DNA from: Acidimicrobiia bacterium
GTDB taxonomy: Bacteria; Actinomycetota; Acidimicrobiia; Spongiisociales; ZC4RG35
Length of the DNA: 64,000 nt
Reading direction: 5' to 3'
Assembly (NCBI GenBank): GCA_965215185.1
Contig: OZ244034.1
Span: forward strand, 288,001-352,000
Shown: positions 9,442 through 19,766 of the stretch, in pieces
Numbering within the stretch: the first letter of the stretch is position 1
How the letters are laid out: the number at the start of each line of letters is the position of its first letter
Position numbers and translations under genes: made by a program
The notes under the pieces: model-generated
Seen by the model: the letters and a program-made list of their open reading frames with translations, nothing else
The model's database searches: none
Told to the model about the DNA's origin: nothing

Positions 9442-10655
9442 CAGACGGTTTCCTCGGTCGGGAAGTGAGAGCGCGCCCAGAGATACCAGCCGAGGGTCCA
9501 GAGCGCTCCGACCAGGACCAGCCCGGCCAACAACAGGAACACCCCATCCCACGCATCCCGGTCCACCAGCCCGCCCATCACCGGTGAAGCGGACCCGCCT
9601 CCCAGGTTAAAGGCCAGGGCATAAATGCCGCTGACCAGGGCCACCCTGGGGGGCGAGGTGATCCGGGGGAAGAGACCCAGAACCAGGGACGATGACGCTC
9701 CGACCAGGGCGGTGGCGGCGGCTACCGCGGTGAACCCTGCGCCCAGACCCGAAACCTGGCTGACCATCGCCAGGGCGATCGAAGTGGCCACCAGCACCAT
9801 TCCGCCTTTCCAGGCGGAACCCGGACCGGATGATTGTTGGAACCAGCGTCCTAGTGTGATGGTGGCCCCAATGGCGATGGCGGGCAGCGCCGCGGAGAGC
9901 AAACCGGATCTCCCCATCGTTTCATTGTGGACCTCAACGAAGTAGGTCGGCGTCCACACTATCAGAGCGACATAGGCGGCCCCGATGGCCACGGCCGCAG
10001 GTAATAGCCACAGCGACCGGACGATCGAACCGTCCGAGGGCTCGGCAACAGGGGATGCCTTGATCGGATCCCGGGCGCCGATCCACCAGGCAATGCCCAC
10101 CGGTATCAGCACCGCGGCGGCGGCCATGAACAGAGCCTCGACCCCGTTTCGTTCGACGATGAACCCCCCGATGGCGAAGGTGAGAGCGGTACCGGCCACG
10201 AAGCAGGAGCCGAACGAGGCGATCACCCGACCTGATCCCTTGTCTTGTACCCATCGGCCCACGGCGCCGATCAGCGGCGTCCATCCCATCGCCTGGAACA
10301 TTCCGTTGGCCGACCAGAACACCAGGGACAGGGCGAAGTTCTGGATGGACAGGATGAACAGGACGTTCATGATCCCGCTTCCCACCAAGCCCAGTCCGAC
10401 CAGCAGGCGAGCGCCGATCCGGTCGGCCAGACGCCCGATCAGTACCGCGGAGAGGGAGTAGACCCAGAAGAACCCGGCCGCCAAGGCGCCGATCTTGGTG
10501 GCTTCCAAACCCTGCTCCTCCCCGAGCCCCGGCACCGCCACCGAGAAGTTCACCCTCCCGAGGTAGTAGATGGCGTAGACGGACCATCCGGAGATGATCA
10601 GACCCCACCGGGCCTCCGATCCACAGATGGCAGCCGATGGGCCGGGGCGGGTCAA
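9441..10655 (-). CDS. MFS transporter (GlpT/UhpT-like)
   Basis: YYLGRVNFS, GRLADRIGAR (motif A), NGMFQAMGW; 12-TM pattern. Confidence 0.88.
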   Translation of the reverse strand: MTRPGPSAAICGSEARWGLIISGWSVYAIYYLGRVNFSVAVPGLGEEQGLEATKIGALAAGFFWVYSLSAVLIGRLADRIGARLLVGLGLVGSGIMNVLFILSIQNFALSLVFWSANGMFQAMGWTPLIGAVGRWVQDKGSGRVIASFGSCFVAGTALTFAIGGFIVERNGVEALFMAAAAVLIPVGIAWWIGARDPIKASPVAEPSDGSIVRSLWLLPAAVAIGAAYVALIVWTPTYFVEVHNETMGRSGLLSAALPAIAIGATITLGRWFQQSSGPGSAWKGGMVLVATSIALAMVSQVSGLGAGFTAVAAATALVGASSSLVLGLFPRITSPPRVALVSGIYALAFNLGGGSASPVMGGLVDRDAWDGVFLLLAGLVLVGALWTLGWYLWARSHFPTEETV

Positions 10656-10662
10656 GCGCCGG

Positions 10663-11742
10663 CTACCCGTTGGAATCCGAGCCGACCGGTTGCCCTGTGG
10701 AATTGGCTTCCAGGACCCAGATCTTGTCGGGGTGGAACTTCACCGCCACGGCGTCACCGTCGGTGAACAACTTGACTTGTCCGGGATCGGTTATCGCTTC
10801 GATCTCCGTCTCGCCGATCGTCACCCGAAATCGAGCGTAGCGTCCCGCATAGACGTGAGAGCGGATGGTCCCCTGGACGCTGTTGTGGCCTTCGACGCCC
10901 AGTTCGATCGCTTCCGGGCGGATGCTGAGCATCGCATCTCCGGCCTCAATCGCCGAGTGTGGCGCGGTAAACCTGCCAACGGCAGTGGTTATCTCACCAT
11001 CCTGGTAATGGCCGGGTATGAAGTTGGTGCCGCCGAAAAAGGTAGCGATTTCCATGGTTTCGGGTTTGTCGTAGAAGGCATCAGGCACATCGAACTGCTG
11101 CAATTTGCCGTCAAACAGCAGGGCAACTTTGTCGGCCAGCACCACCGCCTCTTCCTGATCGTGGGTGACGAAGACGGTGGTGATCTCCATTTCGGTCTGA
11201 ATGCCGCGGATCAGTTCACGCATTTCGTCTCGCAGGTGGGCGTCGAGGTTGCTGAGCGGCTCGTCGAGGAGGAGGACATTTGGCTCAACTATCAAGGCCC
11301 GGGCCAGGGCGATGCGTTGCTGCTGTCCGCCCGACAGTTGCTTGGGTTTGCGATCCTCGAAGCCGGGCAACTGGACCAGGTCGAGCATGTCGGTCACCCG
11401 CGATCTGATCTCCTTGCGGTTGACTTTGCGCATCTTCAGACCGAATCCGATGTTGTCGGCGATGCTCATGTACGGAAACAGCAGGTAGTTTTGGAACACC
11501 ATCACCGCCCCACGTTCCTCGGGCTTGATGTTGAGAATGGAGTCGCCGTCGAAGAGAATGTCGCCGGCGGTGGGCCGCAACAGTCCGGAGATCATCTTCA
11601 TGGTGGTGGTCTTGCCGCACCCAGAGGGTCCGAGCAGGGCGGTGAGTTTTCCGGATTCGATCTCCAGATCCAGATGGTCCACAGCAGGATTCGATTTGGC
11701 GTCGAATATCTTGGTCAGACCGCTAAGTGTCAGTTGGGTCAT
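10663..11742 (-). CDS. ABC transporter ATP-binding protein (PotA-like, TOBE domain)
   Basis: GPSGCGKTT, LSGGQQQR, LLLDEP, VTHDQEEA. Confidence 0.95.
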   Translation of the reverse strand: MTQLTLSGLTKIFDAKSNPAVDHLDLEIESGKLTALLGPSGCGKTTTMKMISGLLRPTAGDILFDGDSILNIKPEERGAVMVFQNYLLFPYMSIADNIGFGLKMRKVNRKEIRSRVTDMLDLVQLPGFEDRKPKQLSGGQQQRIALARALIVEPNVLLLDEPLSNLDAHLRDEMRELIRGIQTEMEITTVFVTHDQEEAVVLADKVALLFDGKLQQFDVPDAFYDKPETMEIATFFGGTNFIPGHYQDGEITTAVGRFTAPHSAIEAGDAMLSIRPEAIELGVEGHNSVQGTIRSHVYAGRYARFRVTIGETEIEAITDPGQVKLFTDGDAVAVKFHPDKIWVLEANSTGQPVGSDSNG

Positions 11743-12262
11743 ATGTTGCCGATACCTCCTACTGCGGCACTGTCACCGGACAGATACTTTGAACTCAAGA
11801 GCAATACCACTATCCCCGGCAGGACGAAAACCACGCTCAGCGCGCCTGCGATGGCAGGTTCGGAGCGGGCGAAATTGAACAACAGAATCGGCAGGGTCTC
11901 CACTTGGCCGTCCCCGATCAGCAGGGTCAGGATGTATTGACTCCACGAGATCAGGAAGGTGAACAAGGCGCCCACCACCACCCCGGGGAAAACGGCCGGC
12001 AGGGTGACAAACCGCTGCGTGGCCCAGCGTCCTGCTCCCAGGGACCGGGCCTGTAGCTCGTAGTCGACGTCGTAATTGGAGTACACCCCCGACATCACCA
12101 ACGTCATGTAGGGGAGGGTGGGGACCAGATGAACCAGGGCCACCCCGTACACGCTTCCGGAGAGCCCGTAGCGAATGAACAGGGTGTCGATCCCCAGGAC
12201 CACCGCCAGGCCGGGAACGATGATCGGGGCCAGGATCATTATCTCGACTATCCGTTTTCGGC
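11739..12262 (-). pseudogene. 5'-truncated ABC permease (PotC/YnjC-like)
   Basis: Similarity begins abruptly at KRIVEIMILAPIIVPG; EAA loop YELQARSLGA; upstream frame is non-hydrophobic and no partner permease or SBP is present. Confidence 0.75.
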
Positions 12263-12450
12263 GGACTCCCTGACTGGAGGGCTGCTTTGAGACGACGCCT
12301 CTTGAGCGGGTCGTGGGAGAACACGGGCGGTTCGAGGCGGTCGTCCAGCGTTCCGACCTGATGCAAACCATCGTTCAGGCGCGCTCCTGGTATCTGGCGA
12401 GGCTGGACGGCTGACAGGTGCGGCCGGCGGTTGCGCGGCCTGTGGAGGTG

Positions 12451-14115
12451 TCAGACGATGGGAAGGGGGGCAATCGCTTCGATATCGGTTACGACATCGA
12501 CGATGACAGGACACCCCGCCGCAAATGCCCGTTCCAGGGCAGGGCGGAGGTGGTCGGGTCTCTCCACCCGGATGCCCATCGCCCCCATTCCCTCGGCGAG
12601 TCGGGCGAAGTCCACGTCGGTAAAGGTCCAGAGGCGGCGTCCCTCTGGGGTCTGCTGTCCGCCGTAGGCGCGATCGAAGCCAATGGTCGACTGGTTGCCC
12701 GAGGAGTTGTTGTTGACCACGGTGACGGTGTTGATGCCCCATCGAACCGCGGTCTCGACCTCGGCTATGTGGTACCAGAACCCCCCGTCGCCGGTGAAGC
12801 AGACTACGGGGCGATCCGGCGCGGCGCATTTGGCGCCAAGAGAGGCCGGGAAAGCCCAGCCCAGGTGACCGGCGCTGCGCAGGTAGCTCTGCTCGGGTGT
12901 ACGGGTGTCGAACATGCCGCCCATCCACATGCCGGCGTGCCCGGTGTCGACCACGACACACGCGTTGTCCGGCACGTGGGTGGTCAGCTCCGAGCAGATC
13001 CGCTCCGGGCGGATGGGCACCGCATCGGATTCGAGATGGCGCTGGTGCTGTTCTCGCCAGCCGGTGACCTCCCGGCGTACTTCAGCCAGCCACTCTTTCC
13101 GGCCTGGATCCCGCGGGCCAGCCTGTTCCAGGAGGGCGGCGAGGGTCAAGCGGGCATCGGCGTTGATAGGCACCTGCAGAGGGTAGTTACGGCCCAACAT
13201 TTCCGGGTTGATGTCGACCTGGATGGCGGTTACTCCCGGTGCCGGAACCTGCCAGAAATGGGTGGTCATGCTGCCGGTGCTCGAACCGACGAAGCACGCC
13301 AGGTCGGCCCGGTTCGCGACCCGGTTGGCGGCGCTACGAGAGTAGGTACCGACCACACCGACGGCCAGCGGATGGGTACCGGGGATGGTGTCCTTCCCGT
13401 TGAGGGAGGTCACCACCGGAATGGAGAGACGTTCGGCCAGGGCCACCAGTTGGCTCGAAGCACGGGAGGTCCGGACCCCTCCTCCCGCCACAATCACGGG
13501 CCGCTCGGCGCGGTCGAGCAGGTCCAGAGCCGCCGCCACGTCTTCGGGGTCGGGGAGGGGCCGCACCGCAGGTACAGAGGCGAATCCTTTGCCGACCCAC
13601 GGGTCGAGATCGCTCTCCTCGAGGTCGATCTGTCCCTCGTTGCCCGCGAACTGGACATGGGCCGGTCCCGGACAGCCCGACACGGCGGATCGGAAGGCCT
13701 GCCGGATCGAGTCGGGGATCCGCTCCACCCGGTCGACGGACGTGTTGAACTTGGTGACGTTGACGAAGGCGGGCAGATCGTCGACCTCCTGATAGACGCC
13801 CCTGCCGGCCATCCGCGGATGGAGGCCTCCCGTGAGAGCGACTACCGGGGAGTTGGCCAGGTATGCGTCACGCAACCCGGCCGCCAGGTTGAGCGCACCC
13901 ACCGCCTGGGCCATGCACACGCCGGGCCGGCCCGCCATCCTGGCGTAGCCGTCGGCCATGTAGGCGGCTGATTTCTCGCCATGCGTGTGGATGCGCTGCA
14001 CCCCGAACTTCTCTAGTTCCACCAAAGTGCGCCGCAGGACCGCAGGGACCATGAAGACGTGGGTCACCCCGTACCCGTCAAGCATTTCGGCGAGCGCCTG
14101 GGCGCCGGTCATCAT
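12451..14115 (-). CDS. Thiamine diphosphate-dependent enzyme (acetolactate synthase-like family)
   Basis: HGEKSAAYMADGYAR (catalytic Glu) and GDGGF...NNN ThDP motif. Confidence 0.92.
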   Translation of the reverse strand: MMTGAQALAEMLDGYGVTHVFMVPAVLRRTLVELEKFGVQRIHTHGEKSAAYMADGYARMAGRPGVCMAQAVGALNLAAGLRDAYLANSPVVALTGGLHPRMAGRGVYQEVDDLPAFVNVTKFNTSVDRVERIPDSIRQAFRSAVSGCPGPAHVQFAGNEGQIDLEESDLDPWVGKGFASVPAVRPLPDPEDVAAALDLLDRAERPVIVAGGGVRTSRASSQLVALAERLSIPVVTSLNGKDTIPGTHPLAVGVVGTYSRSAANRVANRADLACFVGSSTGSMTTHFWQVPAPGVTAIQVDINPEMLGRNYPLQVPINADARLTLAALLEQAGPRDPGRKEWLAEVRREVTGWREQHQRHLESDAVPIRPERICSELTTHVPDNACVVVDTGHAGMWMGGMFDTRTPEQSYLRSAGHLGWAFPASLGAKCAAPDRPVVCFTGDGGFWYHIAEVETAVRWGINTVTVVNNNSSGNQSTIGFDRAYGGQQTPEGRRLWTFTDVDFARLAEGMGAMGIRVERPDHLRPALERAFAAGCPVIVDVVTDIEAIAPLPIV

Positions 14116-14566
14116 ACTGGAAGACTCTAACAGCCGCCTTCCATGTTGGGGATGACAGATCTACCCTATCCCAACATCCCGACCGCGTGGGTACGGGGTT
14201 CCAAATGGTACCTCTTCCTATATTGTCAGCGCAGCCAGGCGCCCTTGCATCTGAGCCCAAAATTGCACAACCGGGGATGGTGGCCCCTCGAACGACGCGG
14301 TTTCGGGGTAGGAGCAAGTGAGCGACACAGCTGTTCGCGCTGACGACCTTTCCGTTCTGCCTCTTGGTGGCAACACTCGAGGCCACACCAATCTTGTCTG
14401 AGCATTTACGAAGATTTGCCGGGGAGAGCAGTCGGGGTGGGAGAGTTCCGTGACGCGCCTCAGCCCGTTCTTGCCGGAGCAGATGCGGTACGGAGACCCA
14501 GGGGCTGTCCGGAGGCAGCCATCTACGCTGCTCTTAACCTGCCCGGTATCTTTTGACCGGCCTCGG

Positions 14567-15808
14567 CTACGAGGTTGGCGGTTCACTCCGGTTGGGTTTC
14601 TTATGACTCAGGTGGAGCAGGTAGGCCACTCGTGCTGAGCTGATGGTTATCGGAACGAACATCTTCTGCACGGCCAGAGGGATGCTGGGTCGTTCCACGA
14701 ACCGGTAGATGGTGAAGAGGGCGAATGCACCGTGGAAGGTCGTTAATGCCATCCACATCCCGTCTGGTCCCACCAAAGTCATCAGGCCGGCGCTCAGGAC
14801 CGGGCCGGCTATGGCCCCCAACCCCATCAACGTAACCAAAGCAGCCATTCCCGGGACGAGTTGTTCGGGCGCCAGCAAGTCGTTCATATGGCTCATCGAC
14901 AAGGCGTAAACCGGGAAGGTCAGGGACCCGTAGACGAGCATCACCCCCGCGAACAGGAAGGGGTCGGTCGGGCCGATGGACATCAGCAGAGAAACCAGGG
15001 CTGAGCCGAGGGTGATGGCCAGGATTACCCGTCGGCGGGGGATGCGGTCAGACAGCCGCCCCAAGGGGATCATGTTCACCATAGCGCCGACCAACAAGGC
15101 GCTCATCACCCACCCGATCTGGGTGCTGCTCAGGCCTACCTGGGTGCCGTACACCGGGCCCATGGTGAGAATGGAACTGTGGGTGAGTCCCGCCGCCACC
15201 GCGCCGACGGCGGCCAGTGGAGTGGTTCGATACACGGCGGCGATGTTGGCCTTGCGCCGTGGTGGGATTTCCGGGGGATTGGTACGGGTGAGAGAAAGCG
15301 GCACCAGCGAGATCGAGAACAGCACGGAGACCAAAATGAATAGCCCGAATCCACCCGGGTCGTCGACGCCGATCAGAATCTGCCCGAACGCGGCCCCTCC
15401 CATTCCCATCACCATGTAGGTGCCGAGAATGCGACCTCGGTTACGGTTGTCTACTTTGTTGTGCAGCCAACTGTCAGAGGTAATGAATATGCCCGACATG
15501 CAGAATCCGGTTGCCAGGCGCAGAGCGAACCAGATCGTGGGGGTTAGGAACAGGCCATGCAGAAGGGTGGCCGACGAGGCCAGGGAGGCAAGCCCGGCGA
15601 ACACCCGGATGTGTCCAACGTTGGCCAGCAGATCACCGACGAACCGGCTACCCAACAAGAAGCCGACGTAATAGCCGGCCAGCGAGATTCCGACGGCCAG
15701 GGGCGAGAAATCCTCGATGGTGGCGCGGATTCCCAACAGGGAAGTTCCCAGGCCATTACCCATCCCCAAGAGGCACATCGACGCAAAAAGCGCGGTGAGG
15801 TGTTTCAT
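14567..15808 (-). CDS. MFS transporter (YcaD-like), paralog 1
   Basis: VGHIRVFAG, DSWL, NRGRIL, GRLSDRIPRR. Confidence 0.9.
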   Translation of the reverse strand: MKHLTALFASMCLLGMGNGLGTSLLGIRATIEDFSPLAVGISLAGYYVGFLLGSRFVGDLLANVGHIRVFAGLASLASSATLLHGLFLTPTIWFALRLATGFCMSGIFITSDSWLHNKVDNRNRGRILGTYMVMGMGGAAFGQILIGVDDPGGFGLFILVSVLFSISLVPLSLTRTNPPEIPPRRKANIAAVYRTTPLAAVGAVAAGLTHSSILTMGPVYGTQVGLSSTQIGWVMSALLVGAMVNMIPLGRLSDRIPRRRVILAITLGSALVSLLMSIGPTDPFLFAGVMLVYGSLTFPVYALSMSHMNDLLAPEQLVPGMAALVTLMGLGAIAGPVLSAGLMTLVGPDGMWMALTTFHGAFALFTIYRFVERPSIPLAVQKMFVPITISSARVAYLLHLSHKKPNRSEPPTS

Positions 15809-15961
15809 TGTGTCACAGGCGGTCAGTCGTGCGGCGGGTGGTGAAATACATCCGAAGAGGTAGCTCCCTAGGGGGGTGATCGATCTTGAGGGGTGCGGGT
15901 CCCGCTGGGAGGCATCCTCTCCTTTAAAGTCTATTGAGAAAATGAAGCTGTGTTGGAGGGG

Positions 15962-17248
15962 TTAATGTCTCTCAGGCGGTTGTGGGCTTTGACGACTTTC
16001 CGACTCGGGGAGGTCGGCTATGTCGCCGGGCTTGTCCCGTCCGCGGCCGATGATGAGGAGGGCAAAGCGAGCCGTGCTCCGGAAGGGGACCGGGACGAAG
16101 ACCTTTTGCAGGGCAACAGGAATGCGGGGTCGTTCCATGAACCGGTGAATGATGTAGAGGGCAAAGATGCCGTGGATGGAGGCCAAGACTATCCACATCC
16201 CATCTGGTCCTACCAGGGTAATCACACCGGCGCACAGCACCGGGCCGGCTATGGCGCCCGACCCCTTGAAGGTGACCAGGGCAGTGGCCCCCGGGATGAT
16301 CTGCTCCGTCGGCAACAGATCATTCATGTGGCTCATCGACAAGGCGTACAGGGGTAGGGCGAGGGCGCCGTACACAAGCATCGCGAGGGTCAGTAACAAG
16401 GGGCTGGCTGCTGCGGTGATCATCAGCGCCGTTACCAAGGTCGATCCGAGGGTGATGGCCAGGATTACCCGTCGGCGGGGGACGCGGTCGGAGAGCCGCC
16501 CCAGCGGAATCATGTTCGCCACGGCGCCAAACAGGAGGGCTCCCATCATCAACCCCACCTGAGCGTTGGTCAGACCTACCAGTGTGCCATAGACCGGTCC
16601 CATGGTGATTATGGCGCTGTGGGTGAGTCCCGCTACTGTGGCGCCAACCAGAGCCAGTGGGGCGGTTTTGAACACCGCGATCGCGTCGGCTTTCCGTCGG
16701 GGCTGGACCAGCGGTGGATTGGTGCGAGTGAGAGACAAAGGAACCAGGGAGATCGAGAAAAGCACCGATACCAGAACGAACAGGCCAAAACCACCGGGAT
16801 TGTCAAAGCTAATCAATAACTGTCCGATAGTGGCGCCCCCCATAACCATCACCATGTAGGTGGAGAGCAACCGACCCCGGCTTCGGTTGCTAGCCAGATT
16901 GTTCAGCCAACTCTCGGCAGTGATGAAGATGCCTGACATGCAAAGACCGGTCAACAATCGCAGGGCGAACCAGATCGAAGGGGTCAGGAACAGGCCGTGC
17001 ATAAGGATGGCCGATGAGGCCAGGGAAGCGAGCCCGGCGAATACCCGAACATGCCCCACATTGGCCAGGAGGCCGCCGATTACCCGGCTTCCCACCAAGA
17101 AGCCCACGTAGTAGCCGGCCAGGGATATTCCCGCTGCCAGCGAGGAGAAGTCCTCGATAGTGGAGCGGATTCCCAACAGGGAAGTTCCCAGGCCGTTGCC
17201 GATCCCCAGGAGGCACATCGACGCAAATAGCGCCGCTACCTGCTTCAC
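15962..17248 (-). CDS. MFS transporter (YcaD-like), paralog 2
   Basis: Colinear with 14567..15808 and shares identical DNA stretches; VGHVRVFAG, ESWLN, GRLSDRVPRR. Confidence 0.9.
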   Translation of the reverse strand: MKQVAALFASMCLLGIGNGLGTSLLGIRSTIEDFSSLAAGISLAGYYVGFLVGSRVIGGLLANVGHVRVFAGLASLASSAILMHGLFLTPSIWFALRLLTGLCMSGIFITAESWLNNLASNRSRGRLLSTYMVMVMGGATIGQLLISFDNPGGFGLFVLVSVLFSISLVPLSLTRTNPPLVQPRRKADAIAVFKTAPLALVGATVAGLTHSAIITMGPVYGTLVGLTNAQVGLMMGALLFGAVANMIPLGRLSDRVPRRRVILAITLGSTLVTALMITAAASPLLLTLAMLVYGALALPLYALSMSHMNDLLPTEQIIPGATALVTFKGSGAIAGPVLCAGVITLVGPDGMWIVLASIHGIFALYIIHRFMERPRIPVALQKVFVPVPFRSTARFALLIIGRGRDKPGDIADLPESESRQSPQPPERH

Positions 17249-17468
17249 TCTATTGGCGCTTTACGGCAAGAGTCGCCGATCCCGTCTTCGGGTAGTAGGA
17301 GCCCATCGAAACCTGGTATGGCGGACGGTTCTTTGACCTCGAGCGGTCTTGGTTTCTCCGTCTCTGCCACATCTGTTCCTAAGGGTATATACGGGACCCC
17401 TACCGATCAGGGGGTTTGATTTCGTGTCCCGAGGTCGGTGGGGGAGAGGGCTAGCTCAAAAGGGGCTG

Positions 17469-18251
17469 CTAAGCGCCCTTCCAGCGTGGAGGGCGCTTCT
17501 CGGCGAAGGCCTGGGGGCCCTCTACTGCATCGGAGGAGTCGAGGGCCGCTCGGTAGGACGCCACTTTACCGGTCCTGATGTGAGCCAGAGCTTCAGCCAC
17601 CCCCATATGGGTGGTGGCCCGGATCATGTCTAAGATCGCCTGCACGGCCAGCGGCGCGGCTTGGGAGATGCGTTCGGCCAGCTGGCGGGTGGTGTCCATT
17701 AGTTCGACGGAAGTCACGACCTTGTTCACTAGCCCCCATTGCTGGGCTTCCTCCACCCCCATGTGTCGTCCGGTCAAGAGCATTTCTTTGGCTACCAACG
17801 GTGGGATTTGTCTGGGTAAACGCACGGTGCCGATATCGGGGGGAAAGCCCAGGGAGGCCTCGGGAAGCAGGAACCGGGCATTGTCGGCGGCCACCACCAG
17901 ATCGGCGGCCAGCACCATCTCGAAACCTCCTCCGGCGGCTATTCCGTTGACCGCACAGATAACCGGCTTGTTCAGACCCTCCAATTCCGTGAATCCGCCG
18001 AACCCACCCACTCCCCAATCCGCTTCGTAGGACTCGCCCTCCGAAGCGGCGCTCAAGTCCCAGCCGGCGGAGAAAAACCGTTCCCCGGCGCCGGTCAGGA
18101 TGGCTACCCGGTAGGCGGGGTCGTCGCGGAAGGCTTCAAATACCTCACCCATCAAGCGGCTGGTTGCGGCGTCTATGGCGTTGGCCTTGGGACGGTCCAT
18201 CACCACCTCCAACACGGGAGGTGTTCTGGCTATTCGCAGACCTTTACCCAT
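17469..18251 (-). CDS. caiD: Crotonobetainyl-CoA hydratase / carnitinyl-CoA dehydratase
   Basis: DRPKANAIDAATS...FRDDP...ILTGAGERFFSAGWDL closely matches the CaiD N-terminus as recalled; carnitine gene context. Confidence 0.85.
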   Translation of the reverse strand: MGKGLRIARTPPVLEVVMDRPKANAIDAATSRLMGEVFEAFRDDPAYRVAILTGAGERFFSAGWDLSAASEGESYEADWGVGGFGGFTELEGLNKPVICAVNGIAAGGGFEMVLAADLVVAADNARFLLPEASLGFPPDIGTVRLPRQIPPLVAKEMLLTGRHMGVEEAQQWGLVNKVVTSVELMDTTRQLAERISQAAPLAVQAILDMIRATTHMGVAEALAHIRTGKVASYRAALDSSDAVEGPQAFAEKRPPRWKGA

Positions 18252-18346
18252 AAGTGTTTCAGTGTAAGGAGGACTTCCAGGGCGTGCCTCTAACAGCCGG
18301 CGCCCTCCTGGTACTTGGCCGCCAGTAGTAATAGTTACCAGTCATG

Positions 18347-19624
18347 TCAATTGGCCCCTCGGGCCGCTTCGAGCCATTGATCTACGCTGTCTTGGTTGGC
18401 GGCTATCCAGTCGGCGACATGGTTGTGGACGTCTTCATCGGTGTTTTCCCCGAGGCTGTATTTCACGTTTTGTAGAGCCACATCGATGGGGCTGATCACC
18501 ACCAGTTCCAACAGTCGGGCGGCGCCTGGGTGGGCGGCGAGGAAGTCCTTGTTGGCGGTGACTCTGATGTCGGCTGTGTCCCACCCCAGGTTGCACGGGT
18601 CAGCTGAGCATTGGCCTGCCTCTAGCCTTGATGGGCCTTGCACCTGCATCGGTGATATGGACTCGTCCGAAGTGGACAGCCAGGTCGCGTTGTCGCCGGG
18701 TCGCAGGTCAGCCACATAGGAACTGGGACCCCATGTAAATACGATGTACGGGAGGCCGGCGGAGTCCTTGGATAGGGCTTCAGCAAACAGGGCGTCGTAG
18801 GAACCCGCCTCCACCTGTACGACGGTAGCCCAGCCGGCGTCCTCGATCATAGAGTTGATATTTAGGTGACATCCCCAACCTTCAGGACACCCCAACAATT
18901 GAAGGATGCCGTCCTTGGGGATGCTGTCGGTGGCGTCGTAAATGGCGAACAACGCAGGATCATTGACGATCTGATCAAGGGTCCTGATGCCGTACTCTTC
19001 CACCAGACTCTTGTTGGTGACCATCCCCTGCAAACCGCCGGCACGCATTTGCCAACCGAGGGTGGTGACGTGGTCGCTTACCAATGAACCGTCGGGCATC
19101 CCTGCGGCTAGGAACTGGTTGTGGTTGGGGAACCACGAGTTGACCCAGAAGTCGAACTCGCCGTTGGCCATCGCCACGAAGGCGTTGGACGGGGCCAGTT
19201 CCAGATCAGCAGGGTGGCTCGCCTCATAGCCGAGCTCGGCCAGCAACGCCGCATAAATAGCGGCCTGCATATAACCGGTCGACCAGTTCCCCCTGGCCAT
19301 CCTCACCGTTATACCCTTACCCGGAAGCATCATCTTGGCCCCCACATCAGTTGACCTTTCATCCTTTTCATCTACCGGGGTGTTTCCGGTGTCGGTTGGA
19401 GGGGCGGTCGTGGAAAGAGGGGCCGTTCCTCCGGCTGTGTCTTGTGGGTCATCTGTTGAGACTCCACATGCTGATAGAAGAGCGACTATTGCAACAACAA
19501 GCACACCATTGATCTGCGCTCGGCCTAGCCGCTTGTTTCCCGTCCCAATGATTGAAGAGTCGGAGTCTTGGGTTGCTTCCCGCGGTGTGGAGTGATGGCG
19601 GTTGAAAACCTGCGCCGCTCTCAT
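18347..19624 (-). CDS. Glycine betaine/carnitine ABC substrate-binding lipoprotein (ProX/OpuAC family); start uncertain
   Basis: Lipobox LLSAC; NWSTG, WFP, GCPEGWGC and TWGP motifs; paralogous to domains of 19767..21965. Confidence 0.85.
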   Translation of the reverse strand: MRAAQVFNRHHSTPREATQDSDSSIIGTGNKRLGRAQINGVLVVAIVALLSACGVSTDDPQDTAGGTAPLSTTAPPTDTGNTPVDEKDERSTDVGAKMMLPGKGITVRMARGNWSTGYMQAAIYAALLAELGYEASHPADLELAPSNAFVAMANGEFDFWVNSWFPNHNQFLAAGMPDGSLVSDHVTTLGWQMRAGGLQGMVTNKSLVEEYGIRTLDQIVNDPALFAIYDATDSIPKDGILQLLGCPEGWGCHLNINSMIEDAGWATVVQVEAGSYDALFAEALSKDSAGLPYIVFTWGPSSYVADLRPGDNATWLSTSDESISPMQVQGPSRLEAGQCSADPCNLGWDTADIRVTANKDFLAAHPGAARLLELVVISPIDVALQNVKYSLGENTDEDVHNHVADWIAANQDSVDQWLEAARGAN

Positions 19625-19710
19625 GAGGGTCGGGTAATAGCTAGGAAGCGGCTCAACTCACTGTAAGAGATAGTCCGGCAGGTCGGACCCGCTTTCGCTT
19701 GGAGAAAACA

Positions 19711-19744
19711 AAGGGGGAGGGCGCCGGTTGGCGCCCTCCCCCTT
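19711..19744 (-). terminator. Rho-independent terminator of the proVWX operon
   Basis: 15-bp stem AAGGGGGAGGGCGCC-GGTT-GGCGCCCTCCCCCTT followed by TGTTTT on the minus strand. Confidence 0.85.
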
Positions 19745-19766
19745 CAGGGTTTAGCTGGATATTTAC

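Noticed and set aside
10594-13971. Long plus-strand ORFs 10594..11940 and 12418..13971
   Set aside because: Antisense shadows of the ABC ATPase and ThDP enzyme, typical of high-GC codon bias; no recognisable motifs
14125-18299. Shared 12-mer CTCTAACAGCCG at 14125 and 18288 upstream of two minus-strand genes
   Set aside because: Only two copies at different distances from the start and not palindromic; may be chance
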